DNA of 61,480 nt from Sedimentisphaerales bacterium. GTDB taxonomy: Bacteria > Planctomycetota > Phycisphaerae > Sedimentisphaerales > SM23-30. The DNA is taken from positions 1-61,480 of the forward strand of contig CAXXFK010000008.1 in the NCBI GenBank assembly GCA_963663965.2, written 5' to 3'. The translations under genes were made by a program, and so were the position numbers. Positions 9,742 to 19,998 of the stretch are shown here, in pieces. The first letter of the stretch is position 1; every line of letters begins with the position of its first letter. A model generated the notes under the pieces. That model was not told the DNA's origin and did no database searches. It saw nothing but the letters and a program-made list of their open reading frames with translations.

Positions 9742-11237
9742 GGTCTGTTTTCCTCTTTAACAGGTTGGGGGGATGAGTTCATATTCAAGGCGGTTGTTTG
9801 GGGGGTGTTGTCTTCCCAGCCGCCGCCGAGTGCTTTGAACAACGCAATCAGGTCAAGCTGCAAGGTCTGGCTGCTCTGGGCCAGTTGGTCTTCAACGTCG
9901 TAGAGCGATCTTTCCGCGTCGAGCACCTGGATAAAACTGGCGAGACCTTTTTCGAACAGATTATTGGCCAGAATAACCGAACGTTGATTAAAGCTGACGG
10001 CGCGGGATAATGCGGTATAACGCTCGAGCTCGCGGTCATAGGCAGCAAGCGCGTTTTCAACCTCTTCGAGCGAAACCAGAATGATTTGCCGGTAGTTGAG
10101 CAGGGCTTGTTGCGTGCGGGCATCCTGTACTTCAATTGTCTGGCGGATGCGGCCACCGGCAAAGATCGGCCAGCGCAGACTGGGGCCGACGGTGTAAGCA
10201 GTACTGGCCGACTGAAACAGTTCACTGAAATGCTGGCTTTGGAGGCCGACAGTGCCATTCAGACTGAAACGGGGAAACAGGTCGGCAGTGGCTACACCGA
10301 TACGGGCATGGGCTGCTGCCAACTGGCGTTCAGCGCGACGGATATCGGGCCGGCGGCGGAGCAGTTCAGATGGTAAAGCCAGCGGGATCGAGGGGATCAG
10401 GGCGGGCAACGCCTGGGATTCTGATAATTTGGTAGTCCAGGCGTCAGGCGGGTCGGCGGTAAGGACCGCCAGGCGATGAAGTGACTGGCTCAATCCGGCT
10501 TGCAAAAGCGGGATCCGGGCCTGGGTTGTAGCGAGCAGTGTCAAGGCCTGATTCAATTCCAGTTCGCCAATTAAACCGTTTTGGAAGCGGCGGCGGGTGA
10601 GTTCGACCAGGCGGGTTTGGGTGTCGATATTTTTGCGGGCGATATCGAGACGCTGCTGCAGAGAACGAATTTCGATATAGTGGCGGGCGGCCTCGGCGGT
10701 CAGCGTAACCAGTATTTCGCTTCGCTGTTCGTATGCGGCCTGCAGATCGGCTGTGGCAGCTTCGGTCAGCCGGCGCACACCGCCAAAAAGATCCAGTTCC
10801 CAGGTGGCATCGAAGCCGGCCTGAAACAGATCGCGATCATCGGTGGGAAAGGGGGTGTTTTGTGCTTCGAAGGTATTTTCGCTGGGACCGCTTCGCTGGA
10901 AGGCCGCCTGGCTGTTAAGGGTGGGCCATCGCCCGGCGCGACTGATCCCGTAAAGGGCGCGTGCCTCACGGATACGCGCAGTGGCCTTTTGCAGATCGAG
11001 ATTGGTGCGGGTAAGGTTGTCGATGATATTGTTGAGTTGCGGGTCGTTGAACGCCATCCACCAGTGCGCCAGGTCAACCGTGGCCATATTGGGATCGCTG
11101 GTGGCCTGGCTGGCATCTGGCAGTGATGTGCTCCAGTTTTCGGGCAGACTGACTTCGGGCCGGTGATAGTCAGGTCCGACAGTACAGCCGGCAATACCGC
11201 ACGACAACAGCAACAGAGTGAGTCGCAGGATTTTCAT
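9738..11237 (-). CDS. Outer membrane efflux lipoprotein, NodT/OprM (TolC) family
   Basis: Lipobox IAG-C followed by TVGPDY; WELDLFG; PSELLRRRPDI; ALGGGW. Confidence 0.92.
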   Translation of the reverse strand: MKILRLTLLLLSCGIAGCTVGPDYHRPEVSLPENWSTSLPDASQATSDPNMATVDLAHWWMAFNDPQLNNIIDNLTRTNLDLQKATARIREARALYGISRAGRWPTLNSQAAFQRSGPSENTFEAQNTPFPTDDRDLFQAGFDATWELDLFGGVRRLTEAATADLQAAYEQRSEILVTLTAEAARHYIEIRSLQQRLDIARKNIDTQTRLVELTRRRFQNGLIGELELNQALTLLATTQARIPLLQAGLSQSLHRLAVLTADPPDAWTTKLSESQALPALIPSIPLALPSELLRRRPDIRRAERQLAAAHARIGVATADLFPRFSLNGTVGLQSQHFSELFQSASTAYTVGPSLRWPIFAGGRIRQTIEVQDARTQQALLNYRQIILVSLEEVENALAAYDRELERYTALSRAVSFNQRSVILANNLFEKGLASFIQVLDAERSLYDVEDQLAQSSQTLQLDLIALFKALGGGWEDNTPQTTALNMNSSPQPVKEENRP

Positions 11238-11920
11238 GAACGATTCTCCTGGGTGGGTGTCTGGCAGGCCCGGATTCCATTCAGAGAAAAGTGGTAAATA
11301 TGGTCTGCCAGCGCGGTGATAGCCTCTTCATCGTAAGACTGTTGATGAATAACACGTTCGATAACGGGACGGGCGAAACGGTAAAAGAAAAACTGGCTGA
11401 TAATTCCTGCCGAACACATCCTAATGGTCTGATGCGGAGTGTCGGGTGTGAGCAATTCACCAACGATCCGGTTGAGATTGTTGAAAAGTGGTTGAGCCAT
11501 ATTTTCAATCACCATATCCAGCGCGTCGGTTGGATCCATCAATTCGCGGAGTGCGAGTTTCCAGGACCAGTCGGAACGATCCTGTTGAAAAAACCTGCGC
11601 AGGGCCGATTCGATAAAGGCCCGCAGGCGAATTTCCGGGCTGACAGGCTGATAAATGATTTCTGGCAGGGGGTAATTGGCCCAGCTTGACTGAATGAACC
11701 GACGAAAAACGGCCAGGTAGAGGTTCTTTTTATTGCGGAAATAGTAGTGCAGTGAGGCAATGTTTTCTCCGGCCTGGGTAACGATTTCACGGGTAGTTGC
11801 GCCATGAAATCCTTTATTGGCAAATACTTGCGCAGCAGCAGCCAAAATGCGATCGGCGGTATCTTGCGGTTGTGGAGTGTCGGTATGCAGAGGTGTGACT
11901 CCTAAAATAGGTGTGATCAA
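11234..11920 (-). CDS. TetR-family regulator, CecR/YbiH-like (C-terminal DUF1956-like); start codon uncertain
   Basis: RILAAAAQVFANKGFHGATTREI...SLHYYFRNKKNLY TetR HTH; RELMDPT and FSLNGI C-terminal motifs; heads a ybhGFSR-type operon. Confidence 0.85.
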   Translation of the reverse strand: MITPILGVTPLHTDTPQPQDTADRILAAAAQVFANKGFHGATTREIVTQAGENIASLHYYFRNKKNLYLAVFRRFIQSSWANYPLPEIIYQPVSPEIRLRAFIESALRRFFQQDRSDWSWKLALRELMDPTDALDMVIENMAQPLFNNLNRIVGELLTPDTPHQTIRMCSAGIISQFFFYRFARPVIERVIHQQSYDEEAITALADHIYHFSLNGIRACQTPTQENRS

Positions 11921-11955
11921 ATTGTTTAATCATATGATATAATCAAATGATTAAA
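11914..11955. promoter_or_regulatory. Putative TetR/CecR operator: three tandem 13-bp near-palindromic boxes
   Basis: tgatcaaattgtt / taatcatatgata / taatcaaatgatt lie in tandem, with an outer inverted repeat tttaatcat-N13-atgattaaa. They overlap the -10 and spacer. Confidence 0.6.
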
Positions 11956-11962
11956 TTGTCAA
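11934..11962 (-). promoter_or_regulatory. Sigma70-type promoter of the efflux operon
   Basis: Minus strand TTGACA (11962-11957), 17-nt spacer, TATCAT (11939-11934). Confidence 0.75.
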
Positions 11963-12004
11963 GCTAAAATATCCTTTTCCAGATTTTCTATTCGTTTTTG
12001 CCAG

Positions 12005-14440
12005 TTATTTCCGATTTGCTTTGGTAATACCCATCCCCATTCTGGGCAGGACCCATTCTGCTTCCCTGGTGGAATAATTGAAGATCGTAAAGCCTCCGGT
12101 CCGGTATTGGCGGGTAATATTAATCTGCTCGATCAGTCGCACGGCGTCGGTGGGATCGTCCCAGACACTCAGGCCGATGCCGGGATAGCAGGGGATGTTA
12201 TGGCTCCAGGTCAATTGTTTTTCGATCCGACTGCTGAACAGATTATTTGATGCGGTGTAATCCATTGGGCAGACAAAATCAAGATACCCCTTTTGGCACC
12301 ATAACTCCCAATCCTGGCCGACTTCGAACCGGTCGACAGTCCAGTTGGGAAAAACCGCCGCCGAGATCTTGATTGCCGGGCGAATCTGGCGGGCGGCCTG
12401 GGCCACTGTTGCCACTACTTCGGTGATCTGCTGCTGACGGAACAATTGCCATTGGTCATTCAGTTCCTTGTCTTTTTTGACATCGTCCGGCCAATTGGAT
12501 ATCGATTTGCCGATGGCCTGTTCGAATCGCTCCCGGCAACCAGCACAAAAACATTTATCCCGGCCGGGATATCGGATATAGTCGAAATGAATGCCATCAA
12601 CCTCATAATTTCGCACAATCTCCAGCATGGAATCGATCTCAAGCTGTTTATTGGCCGGGTGCGAAGGACACAACCAGCGGTTCTCAACCTGGCCGGAGTC
12701 GCTGACCTGGACCCGGCCGGCCTTTTCCATCTTCTCGGCAAATTCCCGGGGGGCGCGTCCGCTCATATTAAAATTCACCTTCCAGACATGGCATTCCACA
12801 CCGTACTTCTTACAAGCCGCCAGGCACAATGCAATCTGATCGCCTTTTTCGGCGACATCATTATGAACGGGCAGTACCTCACTGGGGTAATAGGCTACCC
12901 CGCCCCAGAGCATATTAGGGATAACGGCGGTAAAGCCATTATCGGCCAGAATCTTCACCGCCTGGTCCCAGTCCATCCCGACCACTCCCAGAGCGTTATG
13001 GCACCAGAACGCCCGATGTTCATTCTCAATGGGTTTTTGCGCCAGACAAAAAGCGTCTACCAGGGTCGTCGCTGCCTGCCCGGCTGAAGTAATCGCCATA
13101 AAATAATCACCGGCAGCTTCCTGCTGTCGGGCCTGACGGTAATACTCTGCCGCCCGGGTTAACGCCGCTATTGCCGGGCCGGTCTGGCCGGCGAGTTGGC
13201 TTATTCCTTCCCGTGCTTCCGAAAAGTTATTATACGGCCCGAACTTACCAACCTTTTCCATGGCACCGGTCACCGCTTCGGTCCAGATCCCGCTGTCGAG
13301 ATATCCGGCCATTGACAACAACAGTTGCTTTTTGGCGGCCGGATCATCGTCGATCATCACGTGAGTCAAGAACACGCAATTATCGCTGACCAGAATCGCC
13401 GGCTCATGGGTATTCTTGCCGGACTGGTCATACCACCAGGCGGCCACTCGGCTTTTATCCGTCAATCCCCTGGCCCGCTGGATATTCCAGGAGGATTGCC
13501 TGGTTTGGGTCGGCATACCTTTTAATCCTTCCTCTGACGGTCGTATCGAGCTGAAATAGCCCTCAGTTTTTTGTTTGATATGATCGCCAAGGTCAATACC
13601 CACAGCCCTGGCCAACGCTGCTGGCAGAGTATAACAGGCGAGCAGTTTGCCGCCGGCGTCAAGATAATCGGTCAATACTTTGGTCGTTCTTTCATCGGTG
13701 GCAGGATTATGCGGCATGATTACCAGTGACCGGCCGCGCAGATGCTCGGTGGTTACATCAGCGTCACTGATCAGGGAATAACTCAGGCCCAGTTCATCCA
13801 GGAACCGCGCCATGATCTGGCAATACTGTTCAACTGACCGGGTTTCCGAGGGCGCCTTTTTTACCGCGGCATCGTTGCGTATGATAACCATCTTGCCGTC
13901 ATTGCCGTATGGGACGATGCTGTGAATATAAAGGGTGGTATCCTTATCCAATCCCCGCCAGGCGCTGAATCGGATGGTATCAACCCGGGCAAAACCGGCA
14001 GGATTTCCTTCAATCTTCATCTGGTCTTTGGCAATCCGAACGGTTTTCCACTTGCCAGTTCCTTCGGGCATAAAAGCGCCGGAATACCAACCATCACCGC
14101 TATGTAAGTAGAAAGAAAAATAAGCTACCGGCGATAGATCCTCACAATAAAACTGCAATTCCATGCCACGAGCCATTATCAAGTCGGTGGTAAAAGGGGT
14201 GTCCCAGGAGGCGCGGGAGATATCGGTTCCGACAAAATTGCAAGGCATTTTAAATACGTCATGGCCGTCGAATTGGACTATTTCAATTGTTGCCGAGCCG
14301 GGCATGGGAGTCCACTTGAAATCGTCCATTGCTATCGCCACCGATTGGCTCAAGACTGACAAAAGAAAAATCATCCACGTGGTTCTCGTGTATCGTTTGT
14401 TCATTGGTTCTGTCCTGCAAACAGGTTGTCTATTATCCAT
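12005..14440 (-). CDS. Secreted glycosyl hydrolase-like 10 (GHL10/DUF187) family protein with N-terminal beta-sandwich and glutamine amidotransferase-like middle domain
   Basis: Signal-peptide-like N-terminus; C-terminal domain with RAFW, ECHVW, WLCPSHP, DGIHFDYIRYP, ISAAVF, GQDW, DFVCPMDY. The true start may be the later ATG (MNKRY). Confidence 0.8.
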   Translation of the reverse strand: MDNRQPVCRTEPMNKRYTRTTWMIFLLSVLSQSVAIAMDDFKWTPMPGSATIEIVQFDGHDVFKMPCNFVGTDISRASWDTPFTTDLIMARGMELQFYCEDLSPVAYFSFYLHSGDGWYSGAFMPEGTGKWKTVRIAKDQMKIEGNPAGFARVDTIRFSAWRGLDKDTTLYIHSIVPYGNDGKMVIIRNDAAVKKAPSETRSVEQYCQIMARFLDELGLSYSLISDADVTTEHLRGRSLVIMPHNPATDERTTKVLTDYLDAGGKLLACYTLPAALARAVGIDLGDHIKQKTEGYFSSIRPSEEGLKGMPTQTRQSSWNIQRARGLTDKSRVAAWWYDQSGKNTHEPAILVSDNCVFLTHVMIDDDPAAKKQLLLSMAGYLDSGIWTEAVTGAMEKVGKFGPYNNFSEAREGISQLAGQTGPAIAALTRAAEYYRQARQQEAAGDYFMAITSAGQAATTLVDAFCLAQKPIENEHRAFWCHNALGVVGMDWDQAVKILADNGFTAVIPNMLWGGVAYYPSEVLPVHNDVAEKGDQIALCLAACKKYGVECHVWKVNFNMSGRAPREFAEKMEKAGRVQVSDSGQVENRWLCPSHPANKQLEIDSMLEIVRNYEVDGIHFDYIRYPGRDKCFCAGCRERFEQAIGKSISNWPDDVKKDKELNDQWQLFRQQQITEVVATVAQAARQIRPAIKISAAVFPNWTVDRFEVGQDWELWCQKGYLDFVCPMDYTASNNLFSSRIEKQLTWSHNIPCYPGIGLSVWDDPTDAVRLIEQINITRQYRTGGFTIFNYSTREAEWVLPRMGMGITKANRK

Positions 14441-14561
14441 TCTGGTAATAATCAGTCATTTTTTCATATTTGTGTTCTATTGACAACAAGTAAATATTAT
14501 TGCTAATGAATCAATCTGGAATATGTTTGATCATAACCGTAGCTGCATGAATCCCTCTATA

Positions 14562-15440
14562 TCAGCGCCATATTATTCCTTTGGCAAACCATATTGATAA
14601 GGAAGCTAAAGTTACTATCAGGCAACCCCAGGATAGAGCGATCTGAATCCATGAAATTACTTTCGTGGTCACTTTAGGCTGCAAACGAGGTTTATACCAA
14701 AACAGGATTCCGGCCATTGCCATGCTGCTTAAAGCGCCAACGATATTTGGTAAAATACCGATTCCAGGAGCCAGTTGATTCCAGTCGAATAAAAACCAGA
14801 AGGCGGTTCCAGGCAGGATGACCAAAAATAATAAAGCGAGTATGCGTGAGTTATTGGTGAATTGCTGGTTAACCAGTACCAGACCCTCGATTCCGGCAAA
14901 GGCCCGTGACCAGAACAAAAATGTCGTGCCGATGAAAAGCGCCGCGCTGAAAAACATAAAAATCCATCGTATCAACTCAACGGGTAGGTTTTGCCGGTTG
15001 CTGATCTGGCTGATAATTATCCCGATATCACCCGGCAGAACCGGATGATAAGCATTCCAGAACAGGTAAGGAATGCCATCCATCAGGCAGACATAACCCA
15101 GGACCCATAGCGCCAGTTGCAGACCGGCGCGTTTGGATAAAGTGGCGCATCCGAAAAGCAGCCCGCCCACAACTGTCGTGGCGATAATCCCTGATAACAA
15201 ATGCAAGATGTTATCGGAGAGTATTGCTGTGGATGGCAGAGAACAATACGCCCAGCCCATGGCATCCCATTTCAATACAAAACCGTTGAACTCACCGCCA
15301 AGAAGTAATGCCGTCAGTCCGTGGCCGAGGATTTCGTGTATCGCGACTCCCAGGATCCCTGCGATATAGGCTATTGGCAGGATAAAGAGGGCGAGCCTGA
15401 TTGTTCTGTTAGCCACCAATCTCTTATTCGTGTTAGTCAT
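14562..15440 (-). CDS. Polytopic membrane protein, M50/M50B-like intramembrane metallopeptidase
   Basis: About 7-8 hydrophobic segments; IHEILGHGL zinc-binding-like motif in TM1; later PGD. Confidence 0.6.
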   Translation of the reverse strand: MTNTNKRLVANRTIRLALFILPIAYIAGILGVAIHEILGHGLTALLLGGEFNGFVLKWDAMGWAYCSLPSTAILSDNILHLLSGIIATTVVGGLLFGCATLSKRAGLQLALWVLGYVCLMDGIPYLFWNAYHPVLPGDIGIIISQISNRQNLPVELIRWIFMFFSAALFIGTTFLFWSRAFAGIEGLVLVNQQFTNNSRILALLFLVILPGTAFWFLFDWNQLAPGIGILPNIVGALSSMAMAGILFWYKPRLQPKVTTKVISWIQIALSWGCLIVTLASLSIWFAKGIIWR

Positions 15441-15535
15441 TCAGCCGGGTTTAGAGTTAGAGACGATATGATATATCGATATTAATATATTTTGGACTGC
15501 AATGTCCCAATCTATATCTTTCAAGTTTTGTATGA

Positions 15536-15952
15536 TCATATTTTTAAGACCGCCGCGGCTTTTTCGCAGTCTTGCTGATTCAGGTAGAGAACCACTCCGT
15601 AGCTCTCCCTGATATTGGCGATGCCGCTGGATTCGATCAAGGTAATACCGGCCTGGGAAAGTTTCCGGTAGATATCTGCCAGTGCGCCGGATTCGTCTTC
15701 ATAACCTTTAATGATCAACGCCGGATGAGGACCATCCAGCTCCAGTCCGGCATTTTTCATGCCCTCAGCCATCTTTAAACTGTCATCGGGGAACAGCGTG
15801 AACAGGGCGCGCTTGGATTTCAGAGTTAAGGCTTTATAAGCCAGCAGGTTAACCCCTGCCTCTGCAACCAGAGCCAGTAATTTTGCGCCATCTGCGGCAT
15901 GATCTTCAACGGTCACATGGTAATAGGGTGCTATTTGAATATCATGTGCCAT
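15536..15952 (-). CDS. Tandem ACT-domain (amino-acid-binding) protein
   Basis: RBS gaaggag before the ATG at 15952; two ACT-like halves (VEDHAADGAKLLALVAEAGVNL; DESGALADIYRKLSQAGITL). Confidence 0.75.
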   Translation of the reverse strand: MAHDIQIAPYYHVTVEDHAADGAKLLALVAEAGVNLLAYKALTLKSKRALFTLFPDDSLKMAEGMKNAGLELDGPHPALIIKGYEDESGALADIYRKLSQAGITLIESSGIANIRESYGVVLYLNQQDCEKAAAVLKI

Positions 15953-16414
15953 AATTTCTCCTTCTGGCAGGAAAGGTACAGGTTTGTGCATCGGGGGACT
16001 CAATATGTATACCCAACAGACAGGAAAATTCCTGATCGCCTTGAATATAAGTAATTACTAAAAAAAGACTTATATTGCGTAGCAGCGGGTAAATTCAATC
16101 GTCAATGGTCAATTTATTTTATCCATCGCCGCTTATATTACAAGCAAGGATATTCAGATCTTTCAATTGACGGTTAATTGCTTTTGAAGTTGAAAACACA
16201 GGCCGATTCATCACGGTCACTTTGAGTCAATGTTATTTCAGATAAAACCAATCACAACGAGCAGGCTGACAACCTTGCATTGGTTTTTTACCTTTTAATT
16301 GAAAAGTGTTCCTGGAGGCCCAAAGTATGGTTATGGTGGGTCAAATCGATATCGGTACCGACCAATACCGTACCCGTATAGCGCCCTCTGTCAGGCTGTT
16401 GATGCGACAGGACG

Positions 16415-16447
16415 AAGAGGGGATGGAATCGGGTTTCCATCCCTTTT
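16415..16447. terminator. Putative terminator hairpin downstream of the PhoD-like gene
   Basis: Stem gggatggaa/ttccatccc with purine- and T-rich flanks. Confidence 0.5.
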
Positions 16448-16509
16448 GAATGGATCTGAACAGCGGGCCTGCCGGACTGTTCGGGTTGGAGTCCGCTTGC
16501 CTGAGTTAG

Positions 16510-19500
16510 CTACTCGGATCTCATCAGATTGGTGCAATCCGGGTTATTCGGCAAACTGCAATTCAGCCATTTGCTTATCAATGCCAGCAGATCGGTCATA
16601 TCCGTCACACAATCCTGATTGATATCCCCGGCGGCAAAACCCCATTCACCGCATATCGACGGTTGCAGGTTCGTAAATGATTCCCACTGGTCAGTGCCGG
16701 GTTCCCCGATATGGACGGTATAGGCGCCTCGTTCGAATACTTTCGCCTTAAAAGACGGGGTCAGAATCCGCCGGGTATAAATAATCTCTCCGGTGTCTTC
16801 CTTCACCACCTGCACAACCGGTTTGGTCAGGTAGGCTGAGGTTACTTCCGGTAAATAGCCCAGGGCTTTCCTGCCATAATTTTCACTCATATCCACTGTT
16901 TTGGGCCATCCGGCATATTGCCCGCCGGTGGCGGGATCGGCCGGATCCGGATAGCGCGGCCAGCATTCGAATTTAATGGTCTGGTGAACTTTGTCAAAGG
17001 TGACCATGCCGTAGCCGGTGCGCCGGTCATGCAGAATCGGCGGCGTCCAGCCGGTACTGCCAAACGGATTGGCCGCGGCCCAGACCGTAATGCGGTTGTT
17101 CATCCGGTCATAGAATTTGCCCGTGTAAGACGGCATTCCTTCAAACGCCTCCACCGGCGGATACGACGGCGACCAGGCGCGCGGAAAAGCGTTACCCACG
17201 GCCGGCACACACAGTACCCAGGGGCTGTCGTCCCAGTCATCCACGCCATACTGATTGAGCGTGCCCAGATGCTGATCGCCACAGACATGCACCGCAAACG
17301 CCTTGCGAATGGCCTTCAGCGCGCGGTTGCGGCCCGACTGCGGCCAGCCGTTCGAGTCAAAATCCGGCCCGCTGGGATTCAGCGCCACATTGGTGTGGGT
17401 ATGCAGGTTGGACCACAGGGTTTGCGACAGCGTTGCCTTCATGTCGATGCCCTGCCAGTCGGCGGCCCAGTATTCGATGAACTCCAACTGCCGCTCGCCC
17501 AGTAGTTTCAGATGGGGCAGATCGGCCGCCAGCGGATCGGCCGCCAGCGCCGCACCGGTCGGTACGGGCTCATCGGAATAACCGTTTTTGAACTTGCGGT
17601 CTTCCAGTATCGCAAAACTCACCCGCCCCCAGTTCAGATTGGTGTAATACACCGAAATATCCTGCAAAACCGGGGTGGGATCGTACGGATCGGGCAGATG
17701 CGCCGACTGGGTACGCTGGACCAAATTAACAAATTCGGGCGCCTCGGTATAGCCGCCGGCCGTCTGATTGCTGGTATACTTGCCGCCTTCACCCCACAGG
17801 TTCCCCTGGCGGACATCGTGATCGTCAGGAATGAAAATCGCCGGTATCTCACGCGTCAGTTCGCCAAACGACCACAAAGTGCAGTACCATACATACAGAT
17901 AATCGAGATTCTCCGCCAACTGCGGCGAAGCGGCAATTCTGATGGGCGTGCCGCCTTCATACACATTATCGCCGCTGAAAAACAGCAGATCGGGCTGATG
18001 CCAGGCGACATGATTTTTGACTTCTTCGTGAGGAATCCAGACCATGTTGGGATAATCCACCCAGTTGGTATTGATGCCGGTCCAGTTGTTGCCCATGTTA
18101 TGGATACAGGTAAAGGCGCCCAGCTTCAGAGAGTCTTTTTCCACCGGATCATGCCGGATGGTGCCGTATTCGTAACAGGCCACGGCCTGCCCGGTAGCGC
18201 TCTTGAGGTCGTAACGCACCCGATAAGCGTGATCGCGGGTAGAATCCCACTGCGGCACACGGAAAGTGGCCGTACAGGCCGGAGTGATGATATCCTGGGT
18301 CTGCACCGCGGTCCAGGCGTCCTCCCGCATCACTTCCAGTGTGGCTGTGGTGGTATCGTTGGTCCCCAGCGGGAACATCTGGGCGGTCATTTTCATGATG
18401 TCATTGCTCAGGGTATAATACACCCCCATAATCGGTCCGTAACATCGTTGGTCATCGATCGAAATCTTATCGCCGCCCACGGCAAAATCCTGGAACCAGT
18501 AACGTACTCCCGTAGCGGTATTGTTACCGTAATGCGAGACCAGCCCGATATTCCCGCGCATAGCCGTCGGCTCGATCCCTGGAAAGCTGGCCTGGCTGAG
18601 AATGACATCGCTGCCATCAAGAACCTGCACGGTCAGGGTATAGCATTCGTCGAGATACTGGCCGGAAAGTTTCAAAAGCACCTCACCGGGCAGTTTGCCA
18701 GGATCGGCGCCCTGCGCCAGCACCGGGTAGCCGCTGCCAGTCATGTCACGGATGACAGCCTGGCCATGGCCGTTAGCGCCCGCCCAGAAACCGGCCCCCG
18801 GCCCGGCGGCATGATGTATCACTGCCGCGGTTTTATAATTGGCCAAATTCGAACCGCTGGCTATCAGAAAACCACCCAGCGCCCCGGTACTATCTCCTTG
18901 CAGGGCGCCCATACGCGTGGTCATGATAAAATCGCCAGGCTGGTCATTCAAATAGCCGTTCAGCAGATGCGCCGTCAGGCCCGGATCGGCGCTGTCCACC
19001 CGCAGGCATTCCAGCCGGCCATTGGCAATCCGCCAGTCATACAGGGTGTTGAGCCAGAACTCCGGTCCGGCCCAGTTACGCGTGACATCAGGGGGCCAGT
19101 TGGTTTGATACTTGATATCCGGTGCGTCTGACATGGTAATAAACGACCATACATCACCGCTCACAACTTCGCTGGTTTGCGGATCAATGGCATCCACCTG
19201 CCAGTAATAATGGGTACCAGGTTGTAATGTCCCCGTATCATATTCCGTTGCGAGTTGGTCGCTGATCACCTGTGGATTGGCCGCGCCGTCTGGACTGGTT
19301 CCAAAATACACATTGCAGTTCCAGTCGTTTAAAACCTGCCATTGCAAGATAGTATCCAGCGGCATCATCGACGCGCCATCGGGAGGTGCGATCAAAATCA
19401 CTCCGGTAGTCGTCACCGTCAGCGATACCGAATCGAGTCCCTGCCAGGCAACCAGTCCCCTCAGGCGAACACCAATGGTTTTGCCGATATAAGATTGACC

Positions 19501-19968
19501 GGGCTGAGCTATCCATTCAGCCGAATCATGCTCCCAGGTGCTATGATCGGCATCGGCCGTTACGGCCAGAGTCCAACCGGGAATATCAATTTCCTTCGTA
19601 CCATCCAGATAAAACAATTGCGCCTCGTATCCACGCCCCACCGCTTTGGCATTGACATAAAAACTCAGCGTAAAAATGTCCCCCGCCTTGACCGTGTAAT
19701 CGGCAACCTGGGTCAGACCGGTGCCGCCGTCCGATACCCACGCGCGCCAGGCGCCTTCCTGTGCGGAAGAATCAAAACCGGTATTTTCCACGCCAGAACT
19801 GCCGGTACCCCAGAAAGTCCAGAAATCCGCTTTCGGCCACGCGGCAACATTACCGTCGGTTTTAAAATTATGCTCAAAACTTCCGTTTTTAATCAATTCT
19901 ATGCCACTGGCCCCGGTAAAAAGTACCGCTGTCATCAGGAACGATACAATCCAAAATCTTCTGATCAT
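16510..19968 (-). CDS. Secreted alkaline phosphatase D (PhoD)-like metallophosphoesterase with N-terminal CBM-like and FN3-like modules and C-terminal dockerin-like tail
   Basis: Signal peptide; NGSFE CBM-like start; FFSGDNVYE, PDDHDV, LEDRKFK and GDQH phosphoesterase motifs; terminal GDINQDCVTDMTDL..KWL. Confidence 0.82.
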   Translation of the reverse strand: MIRRFWIVSFLMTAVLFTGASGIELIKNGSFEHNFKTDGNVAAWPKADFWTFWGTGSSGVENTGFDSSAQEGAWRAWVSDGGTGLTQVADYTVKAGDIFTLSFYVNAKAVGRGYEAQLFYLDGTKEIDIPGWTLAVTADADHSTWEHDSAEWIAQPGQSYIGKTIGVRLRGLVAWQGLDSVSLTVTTTGVILIAPPDGASMMPLDTILQWQVLNDWNCNVYFGTSPDGAANPQVISDQLATEYDTGTLQPGTHYYWQVDAIDPQTSEVVSGDVWSFITMSDAPDIKYQTNWPPDVTRNWAGPEFWLNTLYDWRIANGRLECLRVDSADPGLTAHLLNGYLNDQPGDFIMTTRMGALQGDSTGALGGFLIASGSNLANYKTAAVIHHAAGPGAGFWAGANGHGQAVIRDMTGSGYPVLAQGADPGKLPGEVLLKLSGQYLDECYTLTVQVLDGSDVILSQASFPGIEPTAMRGNIGLVSHYGNNTATGVRYWFQDFAVGGDKISIDDQRCYGPIMGVYYTLSNDIMKMTAQMFPLGTNDTTTATLEVMREDAWTAVQTQDIITPACTATFRVPQWDSTRDHAYRVRYDLKSATGQAVACYEYGTIRHDPVEKDSLKLGAFTCIHNMGNNWTGINTNWVDYPNMVWIPHEEVKNHVAWHQPDLLFFSGDNVYEGGTPIRIAASPQLAENLDYLYVWYCTLWSFGELTREIPAIFIPDDHDVRQGNLWGEGGKYTSNQTAGGYTEAPEFVNLVQRTQSAHLPDPYDPTPVLQDISVYYTNLNWGRVSFAILEDRKFKNGYSDEPVPTGAALAADPLAADLPHLKLLGERQLEFIEYWAADWQGIDMKATLSQTLWSNLHTHTNVALNPSGPDFDSNGWPQSGRNRALKAIRKAFAVHVCGDQHLGTLNQYGVDDWDDSPWVLCVPAVGNAFPRAWSPSYPPVEAFEGMPSYTGKFYDRMNNRITVWAAANPFGSTGWTPPILHDRRTGYGMVTFDKVHQTIKFECWPRYPDPADPATGGQYAGWPKTVDMSENYGRKALGYLPEVTSAYLTKPVVQVVKEDTGEIIYTRRILTPSFKAKVFERGAYTVHIGEPGTDQWESFTNLQPSICGEWGFAAGDINQDCVTDMTDLLALISKWLNCSLPNNPDCTNLMRSE

Positions 19969-19998
19969 GTCACTTCCTTATTATACGCGAAATCGTTT

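Noticed and set aside
16340..16382. Short quasi-periodic stretch atcgatatcggtaccgaccaataccgtacccgtatag
   Set aside because: Too short and degenerate to call a repeat element; no second copy was noticed in the window.
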